This document shows positions 61,700 to 64,000 of a DNA stretch of 64,000 bases, in pieces. The notes beneath the pieces were generated by a model. That model saw only the letters and a program-made list of their open reading frames with translations, searched no databases and was not told where the DNA came from. The translations under genes were made by a program, and so were the position numbers. The stretch is from Euprymna scolopes (Eukaryota): NCBI GenBank assembly GCA_053919585.1, contig CM132786.1; one strand, given 5' to 3'. Within the stretch, counting starts at the first letter, position 1. The number at the start of each line of letters is the position of its first letter.

Positions 61700-62726
61700 T
61701 AGCTATAGTTGTCTTCAAGTCTAAGCTAAACAGTTTTTGTTGAGCCGCCGCTTAAATAGCGATTTCCATCTCATTTTCACCACTATCTCTTAGTACGATC
61801 CTTTTCCGGTGACCACTGTATACTCATTAACCATTACCATCGAGTAGCCTTTGAGTTTTAATAAGTGGTAAAAATAAGCTAGAAATCCGGCTTATAAAAT
61901 CTGTTCATTTTAAAGTAATGCGAGATAATATTCAAAACTTGAACTCAATGGTCCTTTAAAATATATACAAAAAGAAAGTACTCTTTCCATGTGGTATAGA
62001 AACTACTTTAAAAAAGAAAATATTTCTTTATTAAAATTTTCTAAATAGAAGTCTATTTTATATTTTCATATCTAAATCCAGAAATGTAACTTGTGTTTCC
62101 CTATGCTTACATTTTTATTTCAACTTTTTAGATATATCAAATGCTTTTTTTTCAAATTCCTCGTCAGAATTTACACATATAAAGGTCGTTAATAAATTTC
62201 CCACAACCATAATTTAATGTATTTAGATATTCCATTTTTTTCATTACATACATACACACATATCTATCTATCTATTTATCTATATATATGGATACACATA
62301 TACATATATATCTTGGAAGTTATTTAACCTTTAAACTATACAAAAAATTTAATTTTTATTTTTTATTATCCGTTAGAAAACAATTAAGTACGTAAGTCAT
62401 TCAATAACCTGCAATAACTGCATCAATTTGCTCTCTCGAATTCACTATAGTACCAATGTAATTTAAGGGGTCATCTGTTGTTTACCATGAAACACTGTTT
62501 CGGGATTTAAAAACAAAACAGTATATTAAATAATGACTCCCCAGCAGTGTTGATCAAACACCACCCTCCTTAATTTAAAGAAAAAGACATGTTACAAATA
62601 TTAGATCTAGTTTCCTATTCTTCATTAATTTAGCTAACCTATTCATGCTATAGAAATTAATTTCTTACCTGTGAGATTCATTTGTTTCCAAATTCAAAAT
62701 GGATATATTTTTTAATTTACCAGTCT

Positions 62727-62793
<67 letters not shown>

Positions 62794-62964
62794 ATATCTG
62801 AAACATAATAGATTGTTAATTGATATTACATAATGCTGGTTTTCGCAAGGGAAAACACATACTTTTATGAATTATTTTTGTAGAATGTCAATTTTCTTCT
62901 TTTATGACTGTCTCTCTACTTCAATTTCTCTTCTCTATCTCTCTTACTTTATTCTCCCTCTTGT

Positions 62965-63400
62965 AGTAAGCATCCGTCATTCAGGGTTGACCATGTGTGC
63001 TGCATTTTAATCTATCTGTATTGTCTGTCTGCTCAGCTGCAGTGACATCGCTTTGACTTAAGATATCAATTCGGAGGGCATCTCTATGACACAAGTCGCA
63101 TACATGTGTGAAGTCTGGACGGTTAACATTTGAACTTGGCTTTGTATGAGCATACTATTCTGCATCAACGTTCACCTGCTTACGGTTTTGGTTCAGATTT
63201 CTTTTACGTCTTTTGTGGTCATTTGCAACGCTCTCACAATACAAAATGTCGATATCGATCGCTTTCATTTCACGTCTTTTGACATTTCTTTCTATTGAAG
63301 TTGTGGCCTGTCAGTGAACTTTTTCTCAAAAAGAAAATTCTGTAATATTTATCCCCGAAATGATAGCTAGAGGGTGTTTTGTGAAGGAAAATCCAATAAC
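62965..63400 (-). mobile_element. Possible degenerate RTE-type LINE 3' fragment
   Basis: Weak resemblance on the minus strand to an RTE C-terminus and 3' end (..GGTCAACCCTGAATGACGGATG); heavily disrupted. Confidence 0.35.
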
Positions 63401-64000
63401 CCTTACTGTACAACTGCCTGCGGGTTTTTTTTTTCAATATAGCAGCCATGATTGTCAACGAATAAATAAATCTTTCTAAGATAATATCATATTCTAAACA
63501 TCTAATTATGTAAAAGAAAGGACAAACAACAAACTATACTATGAATTAACGGATCAATAAGATAGACGGATCGTCATAAATAAGTTATAACGCCACAAAT
63601 TTATCACATCGACAATCGGTGTAAAAATCTAATGATAAAACTGATTGAATAGTAATCATTCAATATGATGATTTGAGCATAAAAACAAAATTAACGTAAT
63701 AGAAAATCGCACGTGCTATAAGGTGTACCAATATGTAAAACCTAGTATATCAATTTCAGTGAAAATTCATTTAATCAAATATGACCGGATGATAAGTGCA
63801 ATACTTTGGAAACTGTGCAAAAAATCTAACAATAAACACTTTCTTAAAGAAAAGTATCTGAATACTGATCATTTATAACAAGATTTGAGACAGTGTTACT
63901 TATCACGTGATATTGCCTCACTTATCACGTGATCTGTGATTGTTTTCGTGTTGCATTGTCATAAACAAACACGTGTTTTGCAAGAACCGTGTCCTTGTGC

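Larger units (their letters stand above)
53030..61875 (+). mobile_element. Old CR1/Zenon-like LINE subfamily A split into four pieces (53030-54113, 58521-58680, 59870-60670, 61702-61875)
   Basis: The pieces are collinear with the 34747-36515 and 49075-52545 copies once the Gypsy, LINE-B and mariner inserts are removed. Confidence 0.8.

Overview
An AT-rich animal genomic window, probably arthropod-like given the tRNA-His type and CR1/Zenon-like LINEs. It is almost entirely repeats, with no recognisable host protein-coding exon and two N-gaps (13729-13903, 37745-37886). Contents: about 12 CR1/Zenon-like LINE copies of two subfamilies; a compact, recent 4.4-kb Ty3/Gypsy element (54114-58515); an older 2.1-kb non-coding LTR element (43622-45731); four Penelope-like loci, three carrying hammerhead ribozyme motifs; a palindromic fold-back Tc1 derivative; a mariner fossil; a degenerate tRNA-His; and several satellites. 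Most notable: the two LTR elements have LTRs I cannot align, yet both carry the identical 12-nt sequence AGCTATTTCGGC flush against the 5' LTR. This is not a TGG-type primer-binding site. It is the exact complement of nucleotides 1-12, the 5' end, of metazoan tRNA-Phe(GAA), suggesting reverse transcription primed by a short 5' tRNA fragment. All coordinates and alignments were read by eye, and boundaries of degenerate copies are approximate.
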